This document shows, piece by piece, positions 39,108 through 47,643 of a stretch of DNA of 64,000 nucleotides (the stretch's first letter is position 1; each line of letters begins with the position of its first letter). The position numbers were made by a program, and so were the translations under genes. The stretch is from the NCBI GenBank assembly GCA_023248635.1, contig JAHFED010000002.1:41723-105722 (forward strand), read 5' to 3'. This DNA is from Myxococcales bacterium (GTDB lineage Bacteria > Myxococcota > UBA727 > VGSZ01). The notes beneath the pieces were generated by a model, which worked only from the letters and a program-made list of their open reading frames with translations, searched no databases and was not told where the DNA came from.

Positions 39108-39225
39108 CGCGCTTCCGCTCGTTGTCCGAGGCGCACCGCGACGACGAGCTTGGGCCGAACCAAAGAAAAAACCCCCAGGCTTCGCGAGGGCTTTATGGAA
39201 CCTGCTGTCCCAGCGGTTCCGCGTG

Positions 39226-39238
39226 CTGGAGGCGGCGG
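39226..39238. repeat. Distal direct repeat (att-like scar) of the ssrA 3' end
   Basis: ctggaggcggcgg is identical to 39952-39964. Extending 3' gives 17 of 20 matches. Confidence 0.6.
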
Positions 39239-39398
39239 AAAGCGGACTCCGTACTTTTGGTGACGACGAGAAACGCGTGTTTTTCGTCGATCGTCAACGA
39301 GAACCATGCGGCATGGTGTTGCAGGGTGCGGCGCCTGATTTCCTGTACGCGTTCACGGGTGGGGTTGAGCGGCTGGCTGCCACGGCCATCACAGCGGC

Positions 39399-39908
39399 AT
39401 GAACAACTCCACCTTCAAGGACGTGCACCTGGAGATGACCGACGTGGACTTCCGGCGTGGTCACATCAACGTGCAACGGGCTGTGTGCCGGGGCGTTGTC
39501 GATCGACCGAAGGGGGGTCGCTCGCGACGGGTGCCGTTGACGAAGAGGGTCGCCGCCGCCTTGCAGAAGGTCAGGCACCTTCGTGGTGCCCTCGTCCTCT
39601 ACAGCGACGGCGACGACGGCCCCGTGACCCAGAAGACGGCGGAGGTGTGGATGAAGACGGCCCAGCGGCGGGCCGGGTTGCCGGTGACGGGGCGACTGCA
39701 CGTTCTCCGGCAGACGTTCTGTAGCCGGCTGGCGATGCTCGGGGCGAGCCCGAGGGCGATCATGGAGCTGGCAGGCCACGCCGACATCTCCACGACCATG
39801 GGGTACCTGCACCTGTCCCCGAAGACGGTCGACTTGGCCATGAAGCTGCTGGAGACCGACCCCAGCGGCAACCTGACGGCAACACAGCAAGAGGCAGAGG
39901 AGGGATGA
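39399..39908 (+). pseudogene. Tyrosine recombinase (phage integrase family); catalytic-domain-only fragment
   Basis: 169 aa. Box I Arg (GGRSRRVPL), HVLRQTF (HxxR), and LAGHADISTTMGYLH (His and the Tyr nucleophile). The N-terminal core-binding domain is missing. Confidence 0.8.
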
Positions 39909-39912
39909 AAGG

Positions 39913-39936
39913 AAACCCCCGGTTTCCCGGGGGTTT
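39913..39936. terminator. Bidirectional hairpin between the integrase fragment and ssrA
   Basis: aaacccccgg-tttc-ccgggggttt, a 10-bp perfect stem. On the minus strand it is followed by cctttc. Confidence 0.6.
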
Positions 39937-39952
39937 AGGTCTGTTCAAAAAC

Positions 39953-40314
39953 TGGAGGCGGCGGGAATCGAACCCGCGTCCGAAAGAAGTCACCGACAGG
40001 CCGCTACACGCTTAGTCCTTGATTTGTACTCGGCGCCGGCGTCCAAGGACACACTCCGTCGTCGAGCCCCGACCCATTTTCTCACTCACATCTCGGGCTG
40101 AGGCAGATGCGAGCCAGCTCCATCAGGTTCACTGGGATCCCCTCGCAGGAGCAGACCTGGGGCCAGTGCGTTCTCTAGGCCTTCTTCAGGCTGCGAGAGC
40201 GAGCTCAACGTTGTCGTTGGCTTTTTTTGTTTTCCCGCTCGTTTTGACGCTGAGAACGGGATCCGCGGCGTGCTGCCTGGCGCTTTCCTCCCTCGTCGAG
40301 ACCAGGTCGCCCCC
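39953..40314 (-). ncRNA. ssrA: tmRNA (SsrA), tag peptide ANDNVELALAA
   Basis: The 5' end GGGGGCGACCTGGTCTCGACG and the 3' end TTTCGGACGCGGGTTCGATTCCCGCCGCCTCCA match tmRNA termini. The acceptor stem has a G3:U pair. The tag reading frame is GCC AAC GAC AAC GTT GAG CTC GCT CTC GCA GCC TGA at 40221-40186. CCA is not encoded. Confidence 0.93.
40186..40221 (-). other. tmRNA tag-coding segment (resume codon GCC to TGA)
   Basis: Encodes ANDNVELALAA*. It is preceded by an A-rich tract, and the ...LAA ending is typical of ssrA degrons. Confidence 0.85.
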
Positions 40315-40381
40315 ATTGGCGAACCGCGCTAACGATACACACACCGGCGCCACTGACAAGGCGCGCAGGCCGAGGTGGGGC

Positions 40382-40936
40382 ATGGGCGTGGACGACGACA
40401 ACTCCAAGGACCCCGCGACCGAGACCACCCAGAACAACGTGGTTCGCGTGGACTTTGCCGCACGCAAGAAGCCCAAGCAGCCCGAGCTGACGCAGCCGTC
40501 GTCGTCGTCGGAGCTGGGGGCCGATCGTCCTGAGAAGCTGCGCGTGTTTTCGCGCCTGATCGAGCGCGGCATGGTGATGGTCACGACCGATGCCCGGCGC
40601 GACAACGTCAGAGTGCCCCCGCGTCTCAGCGGCGAGCTGCAGCTCAACTTAAACTTCAGCCACAAGTTCGGCCTGGCGGACTTCTTCTACGACGACGACG
40701 GCGTCCGCTGTTCTCTGAGCTTCAACGGGCAGCCCTTCTTCTGCGACATCCCTTGGCCTGCTGTCTGGGGGCTGACGTCCCACGCCGACGGCGAACGCGT
40801 GTTGTGGCCCGATTCCCTGCCCGAGGAGCTGCGCACCCTCCTGCCCGCTCAGGCGCGGCACCCCAAGGACGACGACGGCGACGACCCGCCTCCTCCGCCT
40901 TCACCGCCCCGACCGACGCTGCGTCGCATCAAGTAG
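40382..40936 (+). CDS. sspB: SspB-like ClpXP adaptor (stringent starvation protein B family)
   Basis: ATG 40382 follows GAGG. The core VMVTTDARRDNVRVPPRL...LQLNLNFSHKF....DDDGVRCSLSFNG....C.IPW.AVW resembles SspB. A long acidic/Pro linker ends in PRPTLRRIK (compare E. coli ...GRPALRVVK, the ClpX-binding tail). Confidence 0.75.
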   Translation: MGVDDDNSKDPATETTQNNVVRVDFAARKKPKQPELTQPSSSSELGADRPEKLRVFSRLIERGMVMVTTDARRDNVRVPPRLSGELQLNLNFSHKFGLADFFYDDDGVRCSLSFNGQPFFCDIPWPAVWGLTSHADGERVLWPDSLPEELRTLLPAQARHPKDDDGDDPPPPPSPPRPTLRRIK

Positions 40937-41122
40937 CGGTGGGACCTAGGCCGACATCGCCGCCGACGCCCCTTCCCGTCGACGTGTGTCACCTCACAGA
41001 ACTTTGACGTGGATCAAGGGGCACAAAGACCGCGGCCCGGTGGCTTTCGTTCATACTCTGACCGAACCATTGGCCCGCCGCGGGTGTCCGTCGCCTGCAG
41101 AGACACGAAGAAAGGGACCGCC

Positions 41123-42535
41123 ATGCAAAGAACCGCCGTCATCTACGGGCTCGCGCTCTCCACCCTGGTCGGCGTCTTCTTGTTGGCGCCCCGCCTGGTT
41201 GCGCCGCCGAAACCACCCGATCCCGTCGCTGCCCCGCGCAGCGCCGCCCCGATCACCAAGCTCGTCTACGGCGACGGCGTCCTCGAGGTCACCGCCATGC
41301 TCGATCGCGGCCACCTCGCCAGCGGCTCCCTCGAGCCCGTGTGGATGGACGTCGCCATCAAGGCCGCCGGCATCCAAGCCCGCGCGCCCCTCGCTGCCGT
41401 CCTCGTCATCGATCGCTCTGGCAGCATGGCCGGCGACAAAATCGATGATGCGCGCCGCGCCGCTGAACGCTTCGTGCAGGGCATGGTCGACGGTGACATG
41501 CTCAGCATCGTCACCTACGGCAGCGACGTCACCGTCGACCTGCCCTTTGCCACTCTCGACGGCGCCACCCAGGCCCGCGCGCTCGGCATCGTTCGGCGCA
41601 TCGAAGAGGGCGGCGGCACCAACATCGACGGCGGCATGCTCGCGGCGAAGTCCCAGCTCGCCGCTGCCAACACCGCGGGCAAGGTCATGCGCGTGGTCTT
41701 GATCTCGGACGGCCGTCCCACCGAGGGCGACCGCCGCACGTCGACGTTGAGCGGTCACTCGCAAGCCTTGCGCAGCCAGGGCGTCACGGTGTCCACCGTC
41801 GGCCTCGGCCTCGACTACAACGAAGACCTGATGGAGCAGATGGCCGTCGATGGCGGCGGCCGCTACCACTACATGAAGACTGGTGCCCAGATGGCCCAGA
41901 TCCTCGACGCTGAGCTGCAACACGGCCGCAACGTCGTCGCCGGCAACGTCAAGCTTCACCTGCCGCGCGCCCTCGCCGCTGGCCTGCGCGTCGCCGGCGC
42001 TCCGGGTCAAAAGGACCTCGGCAACGGCGACAAGCTCGTCGTCGACGTCGGCGACCTTGCTGCTGGTGAAGAGCGCCATGTGCTCGTGAAGATCGAAGCC
42101 GGCAGCGCCGACGACATCGGGTTCGCGGCTCCCGAGCTCGTCTACAACAAGGCCGGCCAAAGCGCGCAGTCGCTGGTGGCCCAGCGCGCCGACGCCTTTC
42201 GCATGCTGCCCACCACCGACGTCGCCGTCCTGAACAGCAGCCGCAACGACGACGTCCGGGTCCGCGTGCTGCAGATCGAGGCCAGCCTCGCGCTCACCGC
42301 GTCGATGAACCAATGGTCGCAAGGCGACTCTGCGGGAGCCCGCGTGAACCTGCTCAAGGCCAAGACCGAGCTCGCCGCCGTCGCCCAACGCACAGGCAAC
42401 GTCATGCTGATGCGCGAAGCCAAGAACTTCGACGACGTCCTCAGCTCGGTGGATTCGCCCATGCCGGTCTCCTCGGCCGCAGGTCTCGACGTCGTCAAGG
42501 CCCAGAAGGCCCGCGCCTTCGACCTGCGCCGCTGA
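41123..42535 (+). CDS. Membrane-anchored von Willebrand factor type A (VWA) domain protein
   Basis: N-terminal TM helix. MIDAS motif VIDRSGSMAG...T and a GGGTNI motif. Start re-picked to ATG 41123. Confidence 0.8.
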   Translation: MQRTAVIYGLALSTLVGVFLLAPRLVAPPKPPDPVAAPRSAAPITKLVYGDGVLEVTAMLDRGHLASGSLEPVWMDVAIKAAGIQARAPLAAVLVIDRSGSMAGDKIDDARRAAERFVQGMVDGDMLSIVTYGSDVTVDLPFATLDGATQARALGIVRRIEEGGGTNIDGGMLAAKSQLAAANTAGKVMRVVLISDGRPTEGDRRTSTLSGHSQALRSQGVTVSTVGLGLDYNEDLMEQMAVDGGGRYHYMKTGAQMAQILDAELQHGRNVVAGNVKLHLPRALAAGLRVAGAPGQKDLGNGDKLVVDVGDLAAGEERHVLVKIEAGSADDIGFAAPELVYNKAGQSAQSLVAQRADAFRMLPTTDVAVLNSSRNDDVRVRVLQIEASLALTASMNQWSQGDSAGARVNLLKAKTELAAVAQRTGNVMLMREAKNFDDVLSSVDSPMPVSSAAGLDVVKAQKARAFDLRR

Positions 42536-42560
42536 GCCGTCGAGGTTGACATGGCAGGAG

Positions 42561-42595
42561 CGACCACCGGCTGGCATGTGCAGCGGTGGTCGTTT
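42561..42595 (+). terminator. Candidate terminator after the VWA gene
   Basis: cgaccaccg ... cggtggtcg, a 9-bp stem with a 14-nt loop, followed by tttcgcttc. Confidence 0.35.
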
Positions 42596-42646
42596 CGCTT
42601 CTGCTCCATCGCTAGGGTCCTGTGATCAATTCTGGAGGAGCAAGCC

Positions 42647-43903
42647 ATGGCTCTGGTCTTTCGCGCCCCGTCGGAGTTTTGGAGAGAGACCGCAGCCGTC
42701 ACCGCCGGCGCCGTGGCTGCGGGCACTGCCGTCGGCGTCGCGGGCCTGCTGGGCGCGCCCATCGAGGCGGCGGCGGGTGCGGCGGCGCTGCTGGGCGGAT
42801 CGGTGGGCGCGGCCCTGACCCGGCCCAAGCGACCCGAGCAGCGGACCTGGGTGCGCGGCGTCGTCGGCGGCGTCGGCGGCGCCTTGGCCGGATTGGGTTT
42901 TGCAGCCTTGTCGTGGCGCTTCAACCTCGGGCTGCCTGGCGTCATGGCTGCGGGCGGCCTGGGGGGACTCGCGCTGGCCACGCTGCTCGGCGCTGAAGAG
43001 CACATCAAGCACCGCGCGTCGCAGGTGGCCGGGCTCGTGGCGGCGACCGCCGTGGGGGCGTTGGGTGCCGCCGGTCTCGAGAACGCCGCGCGCTTTGCGA
43101 CCTCGGAGTCGGCTCCCGTCACCTTGACGACGGCGACGCTGGCCGGCTTGTTGGGCTTGTGGATCGCGGCTGCATCTGGGCTGCGACGCGTGCAGGCGGT
43201 GAAAGAGCCGCTGCTCGAAAAAGCGGATCAGGTGATGGAGTCCCTCGTCGATCCGGTGCATGCGAAGGTGCTCGAGGGCTTGTCGACGTGGTCCGAGATC
43301 GAGACCGCGACCACCAAAGACGATTCGATGTCGGCGGACGCGCGGGCAGAAACCGTCAAGCAGGCGCGGCTGCTCGTCGACGCCCTGCTCGAGACCGCCA
43401 AGACGTGGGGCCAGATCCACCACGACATCAACAGCCCCAAGGTCAAAGCCGTCGACGACAAGCTGCTGGATCTCGATCGACGTTTGCAAGAGACCGACGA
43501 CGACGTCACCCGGGGTCACCTCCTGCGGGCTCTCTCTGCTTTGCAGGCGCAGAAGTCAGCCATCGATGGCTTGAAGATCGGCATGGGGCGCGCCGAAGCC
43601 GCCATCGACGCGCAGCTGGCCTTGCTCGAACGCCTGCGCCTTGCAGTCGCCCAGCATCGGGTCAGCGATCGGGAGCGCTTCAACGTCGAGCTCAGCGCCG
43701 TCGCCGAGCAGGCCAGCCGCTTGTCCGACGATCTCGAGTCGCTGTCGGCGGCCATCGCCGAAGCCGAGTCGCTGACGGATCGCCGCACCCTCGCCGACCT
43801 CGAGCGCGGAGCTCGCAAGGCCCTCAACCACCTGCCCGAGCTCGTCGTCGAAGAGAAAGCGGAGCAACCAGAGGAAGTGGCGGCGCCGTCGGCGAAGTCT
43901 TGA
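42647..43903 (+). CDS. Multi-pass membrane protein with a long cytoplasmic coiled coil, hypothetical
   Basis: GGAGGAG RBS. The Gly/Ala-rich N-half contains about 4-5 hydrophobic helices. The C-terminal ~220 aa are heptad-rich. Confidence 0.6.
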   Translation: MALVFRAPSEFWRETAAVTAGAVAAGTAVGVAGLLGAPIEAAAGAAALLGGSVGAALTRPKRPEQRTWVRGVVGGVGGALAGLGFAALSWRFNLGLPGVMAAGGLGGLALATLLGAEEHIKHRASQVAGLVAATAVGALGAAGLENAARFATSESAPVTLTTATLAGLLGLWIAAASGLRRVQAVKEPLLEKADQVMESLVDPVHAKVLEGLSTWSEIETATTKDDSMSADARAETVKQARLLVDALLETAKTWGQIHHDINSPKVKAVDDKLLDLDRRLQETDDDVTRGHLLRALSALQAQKSAIDGLKIGMGRAEAAIDAQLALLERLRLAVAQHRVSDRERFNVELSAVAEQASRLSDDLESLSAAIAEAESLTDRRTLADLERGARKALNHLPELVVEEKAEQPEEVAAPSAKS

Positions 43904-43980
43904 TGTTCAAGCCTGTTCGAGGCGCTGGCGCTGCTTGAAGGGGTCGTGCCTTCATTGAGCAGCGTGTGCTAGCGCGGGGC

Positions 43981-44517
43981 ATGCGGGCTCTGATCGTTTT
44001 CCTGTTGTTGGTGACGGCTTGTCCGGCGACCAGTGTTGCGCCGCCCCCGGCCTCGACGCCGGCGAAGAAGAGCAATGTCACGGTTCCGCCGCGCCTCGAC
44101 CTGCAGCGGGCTGTCGTCGTCGTCGAAACAGCCACCGGTCCCCAGCGCATTCGTGTGGAGCTGGCCGTGAAAAGCAACGAACGCGAGCGCGGGCTCATGT
44201 ACCGCGAGTCCCTCGACGACGACGAAGGCATGCTCTTTTTGTTCGAAGAGCAAGAGCGTCGCGCCTTTTGGATGAAGAACACCTACCTTCCGCTCGACAT
44301 GTTCTTCATCGACGAAGACCTGGTCGTGCAGGGGATCGTCGAAAACGCCGAGCCGCTGACGACGTCGTCACGCCGCATTGATAAGCCAACCCGTCACGTC
44401 TTGGAGCTCAAGGGCGGGGCTGCGCGCAAGTTGGGCATCGCGCCCGGCAGCCGCGTCACTTTCGAGGGCGTTCCGCTGGAGCTCTGGCAGCGGACGAAGC
44501 CAAGGGAGACCCCATGA
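43981..44517 (+). CDS. DUF192 (COG1430) domain protein, probable lipoprotein
   Basis: ERERGLMYRESL..DEGMLFLFE......FWMKNTYLPLDMFFID...V..I. MRALIVFLLLVTAC lipobox. The start could be ATG 43981 or GTG 43966. Confidence 0.75.
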   Translation: MRALIVFLLLVTACPATSVAPPPASTPAKKSNVTVPPRLDLQRAVVVVETATGPQRIRVELAVKSNERERGLMYRESLDDDEGMLFLFEEQERRAFWMKNTYLPLDMFFIDEDLVVQGIVENAEPLTTSSRRIDKPTRHVLELKGGAARKLGIAPGSRVTFEGVPLELWQRTKPRETP

Positions 44518-45029
44518 TCCACGCCCTCGATGGCCACGAGCCCCGCATCCACCCTGACGCCTTCGTTCACAAGGACGCCACCGTCATCGGCCAGGCGGTG
44601 GTGGGCGCGCGCTCTTCCATTTGGCCCGGCACCGTCCTGCGCGCGGACATGGGCCGCATCGTCGTCGGCGAAGACACCTCGATCCAAGATGGAACCATCG
44701 TGCATCTCACCGAGGGCTGGAGCGAGACCCTCGTGGGCGACCGTGTGACCGTAGGACATCGCGTGATTCTGCACGGCTGCCACGTCGGCGACGACTGCTT
44801 GATCGGCATGGGCTCGATCCTGCTCGACAACGTCAAGGTCGGCGCGGGCTCTTTGGTGGCCGCTGGATCGCTGGTGCCGGTGGGGATGGAGATTCCGCCG
44901 GGGTCCTTTGTGCGCGGCTCGCCCGCGGTGATCAGCGGCCCAGTGAAGGACCACCACAAAGCCATGATCGACGGCGGTTGGCGCACCTACGTCGACTACT
45001 CCAAGCGTTACAAAGCGCAGCTTGGGTAG
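44514..45029 (+). CDS. Gamma-carbonic-anhydrase-like / left-handed beta-helix (YrdA/PaaY/CaiE family) protein
   Basis: ATGA overlap with the upstream gene. Hexapeptide repeats are present. IWPG.VLRAD...I.VG..T.IQDG...H and VGH..ILHGC.VG. Confidence 0.8.
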   Translation: MIHALDGHEPRIHPDAFVHKDATVIGQAVVGARSSIWPGTVLRADMGRIVVGEDTSIQDGTIVHLTEGWSETLVGDRVTVGHRVILHGCHVGDDCLIGMGSILLDNVKVGAGSLVAAGSLVPVGMEIPPGSFVRGSPAVISGPVKDHHKAMIDGGWRTYVDYSKRYKAQLG

Positions 45030-45054
45030 AGGCCTTCGTCGACGACGTCGCTTC

Positions 45055-46428
45055 TCAGAAGCGCTCGATGGTGAAGTCGTCGTTGGGGTTTGGCCCCGGC
45101 GCGGCGGGCGCCGGTCCGGATCGCGGCGGCGCCAAAGGCGGCGATGGCGGCTGGGGTTGAGGCGGGCGCGGAAACCCCGGCGGGAACCCAGGCGGTGCTG
45201 TGGCCACGCTGGTCGGCGGTACCGGCCGACCCTGCACCGCAGGCTGATAGTGCTGCTGTTGCAGCTGCGGCGGCGGAGCCATCCCCGGTATCTGTCCGGG
45301 CTGCACGCCGGGGCGCTGGTTGCCGATGTCGAAGCCATCCCACGAGGAGTCCGAGGTGCCGCCGATGCCACTGACCCGCAGGGCGAAGTCGTCGGGATTG
45401 GTGGACTGCCGCATCGCTTCTTCGTAAGTGATAAGGTGTCCGGTCAGCAGACCCATCAGCGATTGATCGAAGGTCTGCATGCCGTAGCTGGTCGTGCCTT
45501 GTTGGATGGCATCGTGCAGTTCTTTTGTACGATCTTTGTCTTCGATCAGCTCGCGTGTGCGTGCCGTCGAACGCAAGATCTCAACGGCGGCGACGCGGCC
45601 GCGGCCATCGGCGCGGGGTACAAGGCGCTGGGAAATCACGGCTTTCAGAATGCTTCCTAGTTGCAGCCGGACCTGTTTTTGTTGGTAGGGAGGAAAGGCA
45701 GCCACGATGCGAGTGATCGTCTCTGTCGCATCGAGCGTATGCAATGTCGACATCACCAGGTGCCCGGTCTCTGCCGCCGTCATCGCTATCTCGATGGTCT
45801 CGAGGTCGCGCATTTCTCCGACCAGGATGACGTCGGGGTCTTCGCGCAGGGCCGAGCGCAGCGCACGGGTGAAGCTCTTCGTGTCGACGCCGACTTCGCG
45901 CTGGTTCACGACGCTGCGCTTGTCGCGAATGAGAAACTCGATGGGGTCTTCGACGGTCAGAATGTGGGCCGTACGGTTGGTGTTGATGGTGTCGATCATC
46001 GCCGCCAACGTCGTCGACTTGCCTGACCCCGTGGTCCCCGTGACGAGAACGAGCCCACGTTCCTCGTTGCAGATCTTCTCGAGGGTCTTGGGCAGATTCA
46101 GCTGCTCCATCGTCATGATCTTGAAGGGGATCACGCGAAAGACGATGCCGACGGTGCCGCGCTGCATGAACACGTTCACGCGAAAACGCCCGAGCCCAGG
46201 AACGCCGTAGGCGAGGTCGATCTCGTTTTCCTCTTTGAACTTCTCCTTCTGGAAGTTGTTCATGATGCTGACGGCCATGCGCCCGATGTCTTCGGGCGAC
46301 AGACGCTTCGCATCCTTGAGGGGCACCAGCGATCCGTCGACGCGGAACATGGGCGGCAGCCCGGCCTTGAGGTGGATGTCGCTGGCGCCACCCTTGATGG
46401 CGACGGTAAGGATGTCGTTCAGCTCCAT
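45055..46428 (-). CDS. pilT: PilT-family type IV pilus retraction ATPase with a ~100-aa Pro/Gln-rich C-terminal tail
   Basis: ATG 46428 follows AGGAG. Walker A GTTGSGKSTT, Asp box VEDPIEF, Walker B DPDVILVGEMRD, His box TGHLVMSTLHT. Confidence 0.88.
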   Translation of the reverse strand: MELNDILTVAIKGGASDIHLKAGLPPMFRVDGSLVPLKDAKRLSPEDIGRMAVSIMNNFQKEKFKEENEIDLAYGVPGLGRFRVNVFMQRGTVGIVFRVIPFKIMTMEQLNLPKTLEKICNEERGLVLVTGTTGSGKSTTLAAMIDTINTNRTAHILTVEDPIEFLIRDKRSVVNQREVGVDTKSFTRALRSALREDPDVILVGEMRDLETIEIAMTAAETGHLVMSTLHTLDATETITRIVAAFPPYQQKQVRLQLGSILKAVISQRLVPRADGRGRVAAVEILRSTARTRELIEDKDRTKELHDAIQQGTTSYGMQTFDQSLMGLLTGHLITYEEAMRQSTNPDDFALRVSGIGGTSDSSWDGFDIGNQRPGVQPGQIPGMAPPPQLQQQHYQPAVQGRPVPPTSVATAPPGFPPGFPRPPQPQPPSPPLAPPRSGPAPAAPGPNPNDDFTIERF

Positions 46429-46514
46429 GCCGTGCTCCTGACGTTCCGGTCCAGGTGACCGTAGCACCCGAACCCACGCTGGTGGCGCGGCGTGCTGGCT
46501 CGTAGACTGCCGCC

Positions 46515-47051
46515 ATGTTCTCCTTCGCGCTGACGCTTCTCGTCACCACCGCTCAACCCCCGGCCACGGCGGCGCCGACGACGTCCACCCTGGCTCCGGT
46601 CAGCGACAAGGACTACGCCGCCCTCATCTTGGGCCCCCGCGCCGGCAAGGTGGTCGTCGTCAATTTCTGGGCTTCCTATTGTTTGCCCTGCATCGAGGAG
46701 ATCCCCGCGCTGCAAGAGCTGGCACGCGAGTACGCAGCCAGGGCCGACGTCGTCTTCGTGTCCACCGATCCCCCCACGCAGGGCGCGCACGCGCTGTCGG
46801 TGCTGAAGAGACACAAGGTCGAATTCCCTGCCCTCAGGCCGGGGGGCCCAGTCGCCAGCTTCATTGTGTCAAATGAAGATCCGGATCCCTTCATCAAGAT
46901 GATCGACCTGGAATGGCAAGGGGAAATGCCATACACCGTAATCTACAACGGCAAAGGCGCGGCGGTTCAGAAGCTGCCCGGCGGCCACGGCAAGGCCGAG
47001 TTCCAAGCCGCGATCGACAAAGCGCTCCCGCTCCCGGCGAAGAAGCCGTGA
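46515..47051 (+). CDS. TlpA/ResA-like periplasmic thiol-disulfide oxidoreductase
   Basis: Signal peptide. Thioredoxin-fold active site NFWASYCLPCIEEIP (CxxC). Confidence 0.8.
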   Translation: MFSFALTLLVTTAQPPATAAPTTSTLAPVSDKDYAALILGPRAGKVVVVNFWASYCLPCIEEIPALQELAREYAARADVVFVSTDPPTQGAHALSVLKRHKVEFPALRPGGPVASFIVSNEDPDPFIKMIDLEWQGEMPYTVIYNGKGAAVQKLPGGHGKAEFQAAIDKALPLPAKKP

Positions 47052-47446
47052 GCGCAGCACCGGTGCTCTACTTCGACGGCGTCTGCAACCTCTGCAACCG
47101 ATCGGTGCAGTTCGTTCTCGACCACGAAGCCGACGCCTCCCTTCGCTTCGCTTCCTTGCAGTCCGGGCAAGCGCAAAAGGTGCTGGTTCCGCTCGGCATC
47201 GACCCCACCGACCTCGATTCGGTGGTCCTCGTCAAAGACGGTGTCGCGTTCGCGCGCTCTGCCGCAGCATTGGAGATTACACGTTACCTCAAAGCACCCT
47301 GGAGGTGGCTGCAGATCTTCTTGTGGATTCCCAGTCCAATTCGCGATTTCTTCTATAAATTGATCGCCAAGAATCGTTACCGACTCTTCGGTCAGAAGGA
47401 TGAATGCATGATCCCGACGCCGCAGCTCAAGGCGCGTTTCCTGTAG
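47048..47446 (+). CDS. DCC-family thiol-disulfide oxidoreductase (DUF393)
   Basis: GTG 47048 overlaps the upstream TGA (GTGA). The N-terminal YFDGVCNLCNRSVQFVLDHE motif (DGxCxLC) is present. Confidence 0.75.
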   Translation: MSAAPVLYFDGVCNLCNRSVQFVLDHEADASLRFASLQSGQAQKVLVPLGIDPTDLDSVVLVKDGVAFARSAAALEITRYLKAPWRWLQIFLWIPSPIRDFFYKLIAKNRYRLFGQKDECMIPTPQLKARFL

Positions 47447-47449
47447 CCC

Positions 47450-47507
47450 TCATCCCGCGTCCGCTTGATGTTCGACCGCGTTCCGAGAGGGGAAAGACGC
47501 GGGATGA
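47450..47507. repeat. 12-bp perfect inverted repeat with a 34-nt spacer, between convergent genes
   Basis: tcatcccgcgtc (47450-47461) and gacgcgggatga (47496-47507). Confidence 0.5.
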
Positions 47508-47643
47508 TGCGCGTGAAGCGCGCCCGCGGAACGCGGAGTTGGTGGGGGGCCCCGCGTCCGGCTGCGCCGGCGCGAGGTCTGCAGAGGAGCATCCCCGACG
47601 GCGATGAACGAGACCCGCGGTCGAAGTTCAGCGAGATCGGGGA

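Larger units (their letters stand above)
39226..39964. mobile_element. Degenerate integrative-element remnant at the ssrA 3' end
   Basis: Bounded by the exact 13-nt direct repeat ctggaggcggcgg (39226-39238 and 39952-39964). The latter copy is the 3' acceptor end of ssrA. The only content is a truncated tyrosine-recombinase gene. Confidence 0.6.

Noticed and set aside
37698-39225. Treating the hydrolase lipoprotein gene as cargo of the ssrA-associated island
   Set aside because: The repeat of the ssrA 3' end lies at 39226-39238, between the integrase fragment and this gene. The gene therefore falls outside the bracketed remnant.
39241-39402. A frameshifted N-terminal continuation of the integrase (upstream +1 frame reads ...APDFLYAFTGGVERLAATAITAA*)
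   Set aside because: Only a weak resemblance to the integrase ..L.TG.R..E.. segment. It is too short and degenerate to call without an alignment.
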